This document shows, in pieces, positions 15,951 to 26,500 of a DNA stretch of 30,969 nucleotides. Location: positions 1 through 30,969 of the IMG/VR virus record IMGVR_UViG_3300008267_000224. One strand, 5' to 3'. The number at the start of each line of letters is the position of its first letter. Within the stretch, counting starts at the first letter, position 1. This stretch comes from a virus (lineage: Duplodnaviria; Caudoviricetes). Both the position numbers and the translations under genes were made by a program. Under the pieces are notes generated by a model. The model was given only the letters and a program-made list of their open reading frames with translations. It was not told the DNA's origin and ran no database searches.

Positions 15951-18938
15951 TTATCCCACTCCTATATTAAAGTTAACCGCCCTGTCGCAGTTAATTTGTA
16001 TGTTTATTCCTATATTTAAATATAAAGTCTTATTTGTGAAGTCATCATAACAAGTTGAATTACTAACGATTAAGGTGTTACCGGCTAAATAATAGTTTAA
16101 ACCATAATTATATAAACCAATTAATTTATCATTAATAGCATTTATAATTTGCGTTTGTGTAGGAAAATCATTATTTCCATATCCGGTGTAAAAACTTTCT
16201 TGGATTAATACATCATTATCTAATCTACAATCAATGAACCATTCGGTAATGATACTATTTGTATCGCATTCCCTTAATGAGTATCCTTCTGATTTTAAAA
16301 ACCTTTCTAATACGCTACTTAATGCTTTAGGACCATAAGATGATGTTATGTTACCCAAATTACATTTTAATGTTTGATCAATACAATCATAAGCAAAAAC
16401 TTGCCCATTATATTCACACGGTATACACTCAACAGGTATAAACACACAACCTCTCTGTCTCCTATATACAAATTTTTGTCTATGAAAAATTGAGTTTTCA
16501 TATTTTGCACCTGTTAACCAAAGTGTCGTTGCGGGTACTACTTGTTCTAAAAGTCTTTGCCAATGATTACCTAAGCCTAACGTATAATCAATCATTTTTT
16601 GATAAGTAAACTTATTAGATGGTATACCTACAGTTTCTTCAGATTGAAGGTATTTCCAATATATTGATTGTAATGCCGGATATCCACCAGTTTTACCGTC
16701 ATTGATGTATTGTCTGTTTCTTACATTAATTAAATTATTAAAGAATGTTTGTGCAAATTCAAAGAATGTTTTTTCTTTTGGTTTTGGGTTTACAAATGTC
16801 CAATCAATTGCTCCTGGATATGGATATGGGCTTGTTAATCCTGAATTTGGTATTGGATAATTAAATTTAACAGACATATCCCAAACATCATAAATCAAAC
16901 CTTGTCCAACATTTACGTTTAATTCTATGTTTTTTGAATTTATAACTAATCTATCGTCTTGTACGGTATAATTTACACCATTAAAATTTACGTCGTTTTT
17001 TCTAACTCCGGTGGACGTTGATGGCCACGATTTTTGATTATCTGAAATTTTAGTTATCGTATACCCTTTATTTAAAAAAGGAAACTTTCTATATCTATCT
17101 AAAAATTCTTGTCCAAAACTATAAGGTTTTAGTTTAGTAATAACTAAAGGGTTATTTTGGTTTAATTCTGAATTTTCTAAATCAACTTCTTGTGGTGCTC
17201 TGTGTTTTGGTGTTTGTTCAAACCATCCCGATCCTTTTTGAAAAAAATAATCACCCGTGGTTGTTGGTGTTTTAGGGAAACCGTTGTCGTCTATTGGGAA
17301 ATCAGACTCACCAAATAAATTATTTTGTATAACACCATCAGTTGTATACCCTGTATAAACAACCCCCTGAATTGAAAACGTATTTGTTGGATCCAAAACA
17401 GGTGTTTCGACATATACTGATCCAGCACTTATATTAACATACTCTTCTTTAAAGTCATCTACATTAATTTTAGTATCAGCCAAATAAACAATTTCATTAA
17501 ACTCTGTTAAAGCTTCAGGAGCACCTATGAATCTCATAATATATTCTAAAGATTGTCTTGTTCCTTTAGATTTAAACATATACGCTGAGTTCAATATTAA
17601 ATTTCTATAATATTGATAATTTAGTTCCTGTGGAGTTGAATCTTGAGATTGCCCCTGATAAATACTTTCTGTTGGTACTTTAAAAAGTGAGTTTAATAGG
17701 TCTTCATTATTAATTGGTGATATATTGGTATTCATCCCTAATGTTTGTGCCAAATTAGTTAAAAGAACCGATGGTATGTCATTTTGAATTTTATAGTTTA
17801 CTGAATTCATATTAGCTAACGCGTCAATAAACTTTTTTACCTCATCAAAACTTCTACCATATATTTGAAGTATTTTCTCCATTCTTTGATCTGAAGTGTC
17901 AAAGTCTTTAAGTGAACCAGTTATGAGAAATCTAGATATTAAATTAGTTTTAAATTCATCTAAGTTTTCACATACTAAATTAAGTGAATCCAAATAAGTC
18001 TCAAAGTTTGAAGATATAATGTCCAAATTCCACAATCCATTTATGGGCCAAGTAATTTTTTTTATTTTTGTAACATAAGCACCATCATCAGAATATTCAG
18101 GATAACTAAAAGATGCGGTATACTTAGGGAATGTTTCGGTATTCAATAAAAATTTTTCAACCTCATCGAAATCATTTTTTAGTATTTCTTGGGTTTTCAT
18201 TTTATTTGGTTTTATTATAACCGTTTCTGTACTGTCATTCTGACCAGAAAATGGGTTGCCTTTAACTACCATAAAAATATATCCACTTCCAACTTTGTCT
18301 GTCGGTTCTAGTTCAAGTATTTGAAATTCATTGTCTACGTTTCCAACACATAAAGAATAGTTTGTAAATTCATTTGTTAAATCTCTATATTTAGACACTT
18401 TCATTGGTCTAACTTCTATGTTCCTTGCTGAATTAACACTATAGTCTATTTCAAAAGGGTTTCTTGCAAATGCAGCATCCACTTCTAATTCAGTTTCATC
18501 TTCTATCGGATCGTAAAAAATATTTGTTACTGTAAGACCTGTTGTTAAGTTTGTCGTTGCACTATAAACCTCTAAAGCTGCCGGAAAATAATTAATTATT
18601 TTTGTTACTGATGTTGATATTCTTTTTTGTAATGACCCATATAATGTAAAGCTAGTTACTTGCGATATATCAAAATTAGGATAAACTTTAAAGTTTTCTT
18701 GTATTAACCTTTTAGTTTCGGCAATATCAGTAATATCTAGATTTTCTAAATTGTATTTCTTAGAAAAAATACCTTGATCGAACTTTCGGTTAACCTTTTC
18801 ATAGATACCTCTTGTAAATTCAAAAGTACCTAAAGTAAGCCCACCACCAGTTGTTTGTTGTATACCAACAATATTATCGAAAGGTGTGTCGCTACCTACA
18901 GGAGGTGCCGGTGGGAATTGAAATTTCTTTTTAGCCAT
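15951..18938 (-). CDS. Baseplate wedge protein, T4 gp7 / P2 gpI-like core
   Basis: IPSVLLTNLAQTLG...RNLILNSAYMFKSKGTRQSLEYIMRFIG matches the LA..G / KGT..S.E motif of gpI/gp7-type proteins; lies downstream of the gp25/gp6 homologues. Confidence 0.7.
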   Translation of the reverse strand: MAKKKFQFPPAPPVGSDTPFDNIVGIQQTTGGGLTLGTFEFTRGIYEKVNRKFDQGIFSKKYNLENLDITDIAETKRLIQENFKVYPNFDISQVTSFTLYGSLQKRISTSVTKIINYFPAALEVYSATTNLTTGLTVTNIFYDPIEDETELEVDAAFARNPFEIDYSVNSARNIEVRPMKVSKYRDLTNEFTNYSLCVGNVDNEFQILELEPTDKVGSGYIFMVVKGNPFSGQNDSTETVIIKPNKMKTQEILKNDFDEVEKFLLNTETFPKYTASFSYPEYSDDGAYVTKIKKITWPINGLWNLDIISSNFETYLDSLNLVCENLDEFKTNLISRFLITGSLKDFDTSDQRMEKILQIYGRSFDEVKKFIDALANMNSVNYKIQNDIPSVLLTNLAQTLGMNTNISPINNEDLLNSLFKVPTESIYQGQSQDSTPQELNYQYYRNLILNSAYMFKSKGTRQSLEYIMRFIGAPEALTEFNEIVYLADTKINVDDFKEEYVNISAGSVYVETPVLDPTNTFSIQGVVYTGYTTDGVIQNNLFGESDFPIDDNGFPKTPTTTGDYFFQKGSGWFEQTPKHRAPQEVDLENSELNQNNPLVITKLKPYSFGQEFLDRYRKFPFLNKGYTITKISDNQKSWPSTSTGVRKNDVNFNGVNYTVQDDRLVINSKNIELNVNVGQGLIYDVWDMSVKFNYPIPNSGLTSPYPYPGAIDWTFVNPKPKEKTFFEFAQTFFNNLINVRNRQYINDGKTGGYPALQSIYWKYLQSEETVGIPSNKFTYQKMIDYTLGLGNHWQRLLEQVVPATTLWLTGAKYENSIFHRQKFVYRRQRGCVFIPVECIPCEYNGQVFAYDCIDQTLKCNLGNITSSYGPKALSSVLERFLKSEGYSLRECDTNSIITEWFIDCRLDNDVLIQESFYTGYGNNDFPTQTQIINAINDKLIGLYNYGLNYYLAGNTLIVSNSTCYDDFTNKTLYLNIGINIQINCDRAVNFNIGVG

Positions 18939-19846
18939 TAACTAATAATATTTGTAAAGTTTTTACTAAAATCAATGTTACTACCTCTATCTTGTCTAAC
19001 TTCATAAAGTAGTTCATTGAAATTATCCCTTATTTCAAATAGGTTGTATTGTTTGTAAATGTTACCTGAAGTGTCGTACATTGTGTAAATACCATCTTCC
19101 ATAGATTTAGTTTGATTACCGTATAGTGCTATTGCTAACGTATCGATATCATGTTCAGCCATTTGGATGTCTATTGTTATTGGGTTAAAAAATGTGTTTG
19201 TAATTATTATATTCTGATTAGGTTGACCAATAAATGGTGTTGCCGTTGGTTTGTTTGTTGGTGCCGATGTAGGTGAAAGAGTTAAAAACAACAAATCTGT
19301 TGGTGTATCGACATATCTATATCTAATTGCTTTTTGTGATGTGTTTGTTTGATCACTAATTACCGGTTCACAATAAAAAGAGGATGTTACAATTCTATAA
19401 AAGTTTGTAATTTTAGTACCATTATCGTTTAGGTATTCAACTCTAAACCCAACCAAACCTTGGTTGACGAACTTATTTCTAAACTGACTAGGTACTTGGT
19501 TTATATCAACTATAAGTCCTTTTACATTTGGTAGTGCGGATAAAACCCCACAATCTAAAATTGTTGTTCTTATCTCTGCGGGTCTTATCATTAAGGTGTA
19601 AATTCCTTTTCTTGTAAATTCAGTAACGGGTAATTTCAAATTGTATAATCCACCAAGTATTTCTAAATCCGCATTCCCACCTGTATTCGCATTATGAAAA
19701 TAAGGCGTTAATATGTTTGATGCATTTAATTTTTTTAACGTGAAGTTATCTGTTACATCCCTTGATTCGGTATAATGTAAATATATATCAACATCTTCAG
19801 GTGATACATCTGCGGGTCTTACAATACCATATGTTCCAAGTGCCAT
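18938..19846 (-). CDS. Putative baseplate/tail structural protein
   Basis: 302 aa; TAATG stop/start coupling to the wedge gene; no family recognised. Confidence 0.5.
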   Translation of the reverse strand: MALGTYGIVRPADVSPEDVDIYLHYTESRDVTDNFTLKKLNASNILTPYFHNANTGGNADLEILGGLYNLKLPVTEFTRKGIYTLMIRPAEIRTTILDCGVLSALPNVKGLIVDINQVPSQFRNKFVNQGLVGFRVEYLNDNGTKITNFYRIVTSSFYCEPVISDQTNTSQKAIRYRYVDTPTDLLFLTLSPTSAPTNKPTATPFIGQPNQNIIITNTFFNPITIDIQMAEHDIDTLAIALYGNQTKSMEDGIYTMYDTSGNIYKQYNLFEIRDNFNELLYEVRQDRGSNIDFSKNFTNIIS

Positions 19847-19855
19847 TTTTTATTT

Positions 19856-19863
19856 TATAAATA
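19856..19863 (-). promoter_or_regulatory. TATTTATA motif, putative late promoter
   Basis: Exact copy 9 nt upstream of the ATG at 19846. Confidence 0.55.
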
Positions 19864-19878
19864 GTTTATGTGCTTTTT

Positions 19879-20967
19879 TTAAGCGGTATTAATTTTATAA
19901 TAGTTGTAACCATATCTTGTTAAGTCACCAATATTATCGACTTCACCTAATCTTTGTAGTGGTTCGAAAGCAGAATACTTACCTCTTTCTATATAAACAT
20001 TTGATTGTACTTCAGGATCCATTACAAAATCTAAAAGTCTCTCATTTTTTGTAATCGCCGATAATGTTATATTATCCTGAGTAAAACCTGAACTAAATAC
20101 AAAAAATAAAGTTTTTCCATCAGGAAAATCATAATACTTAATTCCATTAATTGTGTATTCTGTAAAATCTGGTGTTATATCATCAACTTGACCAAATACT
20201 TGGTTATTTTTTATAAACTGATACCCAATTGTGTACTTAGTTGGTCCGTATCTTTTTAGGTCGGTTAACTTAGAAGTTGTGTAACCACTTACCACAAAAG
20301 GCGTGTTTGTGTATGTACTTGAAACTTGCGCCTGATAATTGTTCTGAGAATCACCAGTAAAATTAAAATTATATGTTGTTGGTATACCTGACCAATTTCC
20401 TGATTGTGGTGTAAATGTAACGGTACCTTCTAAATTAGAAATTGTTACACCGGTAAGTGGTACAAATATTTCCTTTTGTATCACTGTTGTTCCCCAAGTA
20501 TTTATACCTGAAAATGAAATTGTATAACTATCAGGTGAATTTATATAGTTATGTAATAGTGGTTGATTTGATATTTGTTGTGTTGGGGATCCGTCGCCCC
20601 AATTAATAAAAAATTTAGAAAAGGAAAGGAATGAAACTGTTAAATCTCCTGATGTATTAAAGGCATATACATCATAAGGTGAGTTTGTATCAGCACTATA
20701 TAAAAAGTTTGTTAATATATCTTTTTGTAATAAATCACCATCAAATTCTGAGTAAATACCTAAATCATTTATTGTTTGAGTAAAAAATATAGGTATAGTT
20801 AAACCTGTAAGTAGTGACTGACCATTCGTTCCTCCACTTAAAACATATGACATACCTGAAAAAATACCAAATATGTTAGTACCGTGATCACTACTATAGG
20901 TTTCGGTAAAAATATCACTTTTTAAATTTTCAGGCGATACTACTATACTATATCTTATTTCATCCAT
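19879..20967 (-). CDS. Putative structural protein with a PKD-like Ig segment
   Basis: INWGDGSPTQ...LLHNY...DSYTISFSG resembles the PKD WGDG/H.Y/Y.V motif; 362 aa. Confidence 0.55.
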   Translation of the reverse strand: MDEIRYSIVVSPENLKSDIFTETYSSDHGTNIFGIFSGMSYVLSGGTNGQSLLTGLTIPIFFTQTINDLGIYSEFDGDLLQKDILTNFLYSADTNSPYDVYAFNTSGDLTVSFLSFSKFFINWGDGSPTQQISNQPLLHNYINSPDSYTISFSGINTWGTTVIQKEIFVPLTGVTISNLEGTVTFTPQSGNWSGIPTTYNFNFTGDSQNNYQAQVSSTYTNTPFVVSGYTTSKLTDLKRYGPTKYTIGYQFIKNNQVFGQVDDITPDFTEYTINGIKYYDFPDGKTLFFVFSSGFTQDNITLSAITKNERLLDFVMDPEVQSNVYIERGKYSAFEPLQRLGEVDNIGDLTRYGYNYYKINTA

Positions 20968-21806
20968 TATGGGTTAACGTATTCATACCATTTTATGGGG
21001 TTAGCCGAATCACCCACCCTAACAAGAGATGGTGGTTGATTTAATTGTGGTTGTTCTTTATAGACACCATATTCGTAGTTACTATAATCTAAAATAACTT
21101 TATAATAAAAATATTGGCTTTTATCGAAATTAAATTTATCGTTACCATTAAATATTGATTGTGGTTCATTCATAAATCTTATAAATTGACCTGTTTTACC
21201 ATTAAAAAACTTTGCCGTCATATAAAATTCTGAAATGTCAATATATTCTCTTTCTTTTAACCAATATATAAAAAACCCTTCTTTATCTGCACCAATATAA
21301 TCTAAAACAAATGATGGTTTATTTACTTGAACATTTGTAAAACCAATGGTTCCTTGTTTTTTTAAACCTTGTTGTGTTGGTATTACTATACTTATAAACG
21401 CTCTTTGGTTTTCATTTGTTTTTGTATCATATAAATCTAATTTGAAAAAACTATTTTTAAATGAATTGGCAAAATAATATATCTCATTATCAAAAAACCC
21501 CGTGTTATTATAATTGTCCGACCAAGCGGTTGACGGTGCACTTAGTATGGTATTAATTGGGTCGAAGAAAGAAAAAATATAATTTATATCCGTGTTGTTT
21601 GGTAATAATGGATATGTAGAATTGGCGAACTTTGTTGTTTCAAAGTCATTAATACTATTAATTAAATCTTTTAAGACATCGTTTTCAAACTCAACAATGC
21701 CTTCCTCCCTTCCCAAGTTATCGAAGGTTATATTAACAGGAATATTCAAAGACCTATCATTTGGTGAAACTGCGTATCTAAAATTATTATTATTCACAAT
21801 CGTCAT
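20967..21806 (-). CDS. Putative baseplate-associated structural protein
   Basis: 279 aa; overlaps both neighbours; aromatic and beta-rich; exact start uncertain. Confidence 0.5.
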   Translation of the reverse strand: MTIVNNNNFRYAVSPNDRSLNIPVNITFDNLGREEGIVEFENDVLKDLINSINDFETTKFANSTYPLLPNNTDINYIFSFFDPINTILSAPSTAWSDNYNNTGFFDNEIYYFANSFKNSFFKLDLYDTKTNENQRAFISIVIPTQQGLKKQGTIGFTNVQVNKPSFVLDYIGADKEGFFIYWLKEREYIDISEFYMTAKFFNGKTGQFIRFMNEPQSIFNGNDKFNFDKSQYFYYKVILDYSNYEYGVYKEQPQLNQPPSLVRVGDSANPIKWYEYVNP

Positions 21807-23517
21807 TTGTTATTCTGTTTATTATGGTGGATTGAACATTGTTATCTCTTTGTATTGGGTATTGTAAAAATAAAATGTCTCTGAATGGGTAATGTGATCC
21901 ATTTAAAAACGGATAATCGACACCAATACCGTCATTATCAATAAAACCATAAGTGTATAAATCCCTCCAATACCAAGTATCTTCAAACTCACTAAACCAA
22001 GCATATCCAGGTACGTTATCACTAAACTCTTTTGATCCAAATTCTAAATAATCACTAAAGGTCCTTATTTGTATGGGATTATGTGGTTCATAAAGATAAC
22101 CTGAAGGTAAGTTAGGTGTTGAATTGTCTGAAAAATATAAATCATTAAATGAATACTTATGGTACATTTTAGATAATACATATTCTTTTTGTTCTAAATA
22201 ATTAAATTCACAAAAATCACCTTTTAATACGTCATTAACATTTAAATGTTCATTATAATAAAATGTTTGTCCGTTAGAATTATACGAACCAATCGGGATA
22301 CTATCTTTATTAACCGCCGAGTTTTTACTCCACCAGTTATCAATACTATTTTTTAAAAAATTAAACCCCCACCCAATTTCTAAACCCGTTAATTGTGTAT
22401 TCTGATTAAAAAAAGGTTTATTAAACCAACCCATATAACCTCTTTGGACAGCAGTAACAAATAGTTCAGTAATAGGTTTTCCATTATTATCGATAAGTCC
22501 TGCGATAGATACATCGGTATCAAATGTGAACGAATAAGTTTGTGTACCATCTTTTACTGATAACCTTTCTGTTTGATTTGGTGTGATTTCTGCGTACTCA
22601 ACTTTTTTCTTAACAAAGAATGGGTTATTTTCAAAACCCGCTCTCGATATATTACACTCGTTTGGTGTTTTTATAACTTTATGGAGTCTTACATAATAAA
22701 TTGATTTGGTTTCTGCCGAATTTACTATGTTAGCTATTCGTTTTAATGTGCCGTATGTTCCTGTTTGAACGTCATTTGGGTTAAACTTCAAATCGTAGAT
22801 TGTAAATACGTTTTCTTCTGAATTATAAGCACCGTCCCCTAATGAATATACAGTAAATATTTTTTGATTATTAATAGGTACCGACAATTCAACTGAATCA
22901 CCAACTTTTAAATTATGCTTTGTACCACAATAAAAATAAATTAAACTCTTACCATTAAGTGTACCTGTTGTTAGTACGTATGGTACCCCATCACCACAAA
23001 CAAAGTTATTGTTTGTAACATTAAATTGTTCACTAGTAAACGACATTGTTTGTGCGGTGGTGCTTGAGAAAGCGTATGTCAAGTAAAAAGACCAATTATA
23101 TGAAGAGGCACTTTTATTAACAAAAGGAATATGACCAGGTATTCCCTCATTTCTACTTATAGTAAATTCATTAAATTGCGGGTATCCTTCCCAAGGAAAA
23201 GTAGGGTTTAAAAGTGATGAAATAGCATTATTAATTGGGTTAGTGTAATATAAATTATTTTTATATGGTGAATAAGATGTTTTACCTGATACGTCATTAT
23301 TAATTACGTTTACAATTTTTCCCGCAATTCTAAATTTATCACTTGATTGTCTTTCGTTATCAAAAATAACTTGTTGGTCAACAAGTATTGTCCTATCTCC
23401 TTCGACATATTGACGGTTACTACCAAAAAGTGGTGGTTGCACCCATACCCCTTGATTGTTATTAGATGCGTATCTAAGGGACCCTAAAACTATTCTTATT
23501 TCACTCGGATTAGACAT
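21790..23517 (-). CDS. Putative baseplate-associated structural protein
   Basis: 575 aa; overlaps both neighbours. KHNLKVGDSVEL resembles the H.L..GD.V beta-barrel motif common in myophage baseplate proteins. Confidence 0.5.
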   Translation of the reverse strand: MSNPSEIRIVLGSLRYASNNNQGVWVQPPLFGSNRQYVEGDRTILVDQQVIFDNERQSSDKFRIAGKIVNVINNDVSGKTSYSPYKNNLYYTNPINNAISSLLNPTFPWEGYPQFNEFTISRNEGIPGHIPFVNKSASSYNWSFYLTYAFSSTTAQTMSFTSEQFNVTNNNFVCGDGVPYVLTTGTLNGKSLIYFYCGTKHNLKVGDSVELSVPINNQKIFTVYSLGDGAYNSEENVFTIYDLKFNPNDVQTGTYGTLKRIANIVNSAETKSIYYVRLHKVIKTPNECNISRAGFENNPFFVKKKVEYAEITPNQTERLSVKDGTQTYSFTFDTDVSIAGLIDNNGKPITELFVTAVQRGYMGWFNKPFFNQNTQLTGLEIGWGFNFLKNSIDNWWSKNSAVNKDSIPIGSYNSNGQTFYYNEHLNVNDVLKGDFCEFNYLEQKEYVLSKMYHKYSFNDLYFSDNSTPNLPSGYLYEPHNPIQIRTFSDYLEFGSKEFSDNVPGYAWFSEFEDTWYWRDLYTYGFIDNDGIGVDYPFLNGSHYPFRDILFLQYPIQRDNNVQSTIINRITNDDCE

Positions 23518-26500
23518 CTTGATTTAAAATATATCTTGTAATGTATCTGTTTATTGCACTTTTTCCTTTTCTTAAACCAAAGTAAAAATGGTATGGTGCT
23601 CCAACAATATTTTTATCCATAAATGCGGAAGACCATGTTGATAAAGTGTCCCCATTAGCATCAGAATTATAGATATAACCTAACTGACCAGTGTTAGTAG
23701 TGTTAAAATATGGTGAAACACCTGGTGGTGTTTGTGTTGTAAAATTTAATGACTGATATTTTTGTGAGTAATAAGGTGCTGTTGTATACCAATCATTTAA
23801 TTCTGAACCAAAAATAGATGTTTGTGTGGCCCATTTCCATTTATATAATGGAACTTCTTGCGATTTAGGGAAACCATAATAAAAATTTAGTGATGGTGTA
23901 ATAGAAAAAGTTACAGTTCCTGGACTAATTAATTTTCTATTAACAGTATCCGATGAAAAGAAAATACCTACAGTTGCGTCTCCTGTTGCTTGCACATATA
24001 AATCTTGATCGTCATAATTATCATCACCAAAAGGTTGTACACCATATTCAGAGTTTATACTAAATAATTGTACAATATCACCATCAAGCCTATCTTCTGT
24101 ACGTGAAAACATTTTATTAATTGATGCGTCACCAGCATTAAACAAAGCCCCTAACCAATTACTATTCATTAATCTAGAAATAATCGCTAATTGTAAAATA
24201 TCCGCAGTATCATTAAAAGACGTGGATTTTAAAGTGTCGGCAATATATCCTTGAAATGAGCTATTATTACATATTTCTTTTAAGAACTCATCTCTTGGTC
24301 CCATATCCATAATTGTGGTGGGGAAAAATAAATTCCTTTCATTCATTCCGCCAAATTCTACATCCGCATTTGTATACGTGTTTGGGTTACTATATGTTGA
24401 CTTTTGAGCTACTTGACCAACAAAGTTATTTCCATCATATGGTGAGGATCTGTAGAAAAAAGAATTAGTTGTTGTTTCGGTATAAAAAATAGGTCCCTGA
24501 CCTTCTCTATACAAATTATCCAAAGTACCACAAAACTTATATTTTTTTGGTTGTCCTGTAACACTAAATATTGTTTGTTTTTTAAACGAAAACATATAAA
24601 GAGTACCATTAACCCAATTATTTTGAAAAACATGTGAAAAGACTCCTCTACACGCACCAAACATAAATCTAAATCTAGTTTTCCATTCTAAAAAGTTTTG
24701 GATATCTTTTCCAAGATTTATAACATATGGTTTTTTAATTAACTGGTAGCAACCATTTTTAACTCTAACAGGATCTTCATTTTTATCACATGGGTCTAAA
24801 ACGGTTATTGTTGGGTCACCGTTATTATCTAAAGCACTATTATAACATCTTAGCGGTACCATAGATTCGCAACTGAAAGAATCTAATACCGCATCGGCGA
24901 AACTTGGTTGATCTCCAGGAAAATCAGCTGAATTATTTGACGTGTCTGTTGCAGTATTTCCTTCAGTCGGATTTGAAGGTGAGGACGAATCGTCTAAAAT
25001 ATACGCTGCAAAACTATCATTCATATGTAGGGATAATGAGTTATTACCGTATGTTTGTATTTTATCTGATGTTGGTAACCTATCTGACCGTAAAATTAAT
25101 TTTGGGTTTGATGATGTTATTGTTACAGATAGTGACGATGAATATGTAGGAGCATAAACTCTACCATTATACGAACTAAACGGTCCGTTTATTTGACCGG
25201 CATTATTAGAACAACCTATAAATGATCCCCCCTCAACATTATTTTGGTAGGTGGTTCCATTAAAAAATAGGCTGTTATTACCGTTTTCAGAAACCGCGGC
25301 AGTACCAAAGTAATAACTTAATGCGTTACCACCGGCAGGGACAAATAACGCTTTAGATTTATCTAGAGATGAATAATATTTTATAACTGAAGAAGTTACA
25401 GGTGAAAAACTTGTAGTATCAACATTAAAATTGAATGGATTATAATAAATTTTTGAATTTAAGTTGATTGTATGATCTTCTGGTGTTATATAATTATTAT
25501 ACCAAGAACCCCCATTAGTTGTGTTTGGTTGTATTGGTACATTTAAAAAATAACTACCTTCAATTATTGGCCCACTACCAAAAGAAGAATGACCAAATAG
25601 TTTTGATAAATCATATTTAATATTTTGTTTTTCAGTGTAAGGATCAACACCTCTAACTAAAAATAAAATTTCAAATTTTGGCCATATATCTGTTCCAGTT
25701 GATTTTAACTGATTAATTGATAACAAAATAGGATTTCCTCCGGTGGATGGTTGGTAGTAGGTTCTTTGAAGTTTATTAATAAAATATTTATACAATAATC
25801 CATTAGTGTTTGAAGTAATCATACTGTTAACGTCTCCTGCGGTCATACCAGTTACAACTTGGAAATATTCATTACCAGCCTTATATTTATACTCTCTTTC
25901 TGTTGTACTTGCAGTTAAATAAAGAGTATATGGAACTGTATTTCCGTTGGTATTTATATATTGTGAATTAACTGTTACTGCTGTTTGTGTCGTACCTGTA
26001 ATAGAATTATTCCCAAATTGATTTTGAATTGCTCCGTTCAAATTATTATCGGAAATATTATTAGGGTCAACAAAACTTAATAAAGAACCTGTAGTATATT
26101 GATTTATAGTCCCTGGATCACAAAGTAATATCAACATATTATCTTCAAATGGTGTTGATGGTGCGTTACCATTATTAACTTTTGTTTGTATAACGTTAGT
26201 ACCATCAAAGTATCTAGCTCTTACATTAGCCAAATTTAATGATTGTGAATATGTTATATCTCTAGCAGGTAAATATATATTATTAGAATTATTAGAAAAA
26301 ATATAAGTTACAGGGGCACCAAATTCAGGTGATGTTGGATACCCAGCAATTGAATACCTGTATCCGTTTAAATCCGCTTGATATTTAGATTGTCTTGTTG
26401 CCTCATTACCTTGATAATCATCAGGATTTAATTGTGCGGGTTCTGCACCATTTATTGGTCCTGATAATGCTCCCCAAGTTGGTCCTGTATTGGTGTCAGC

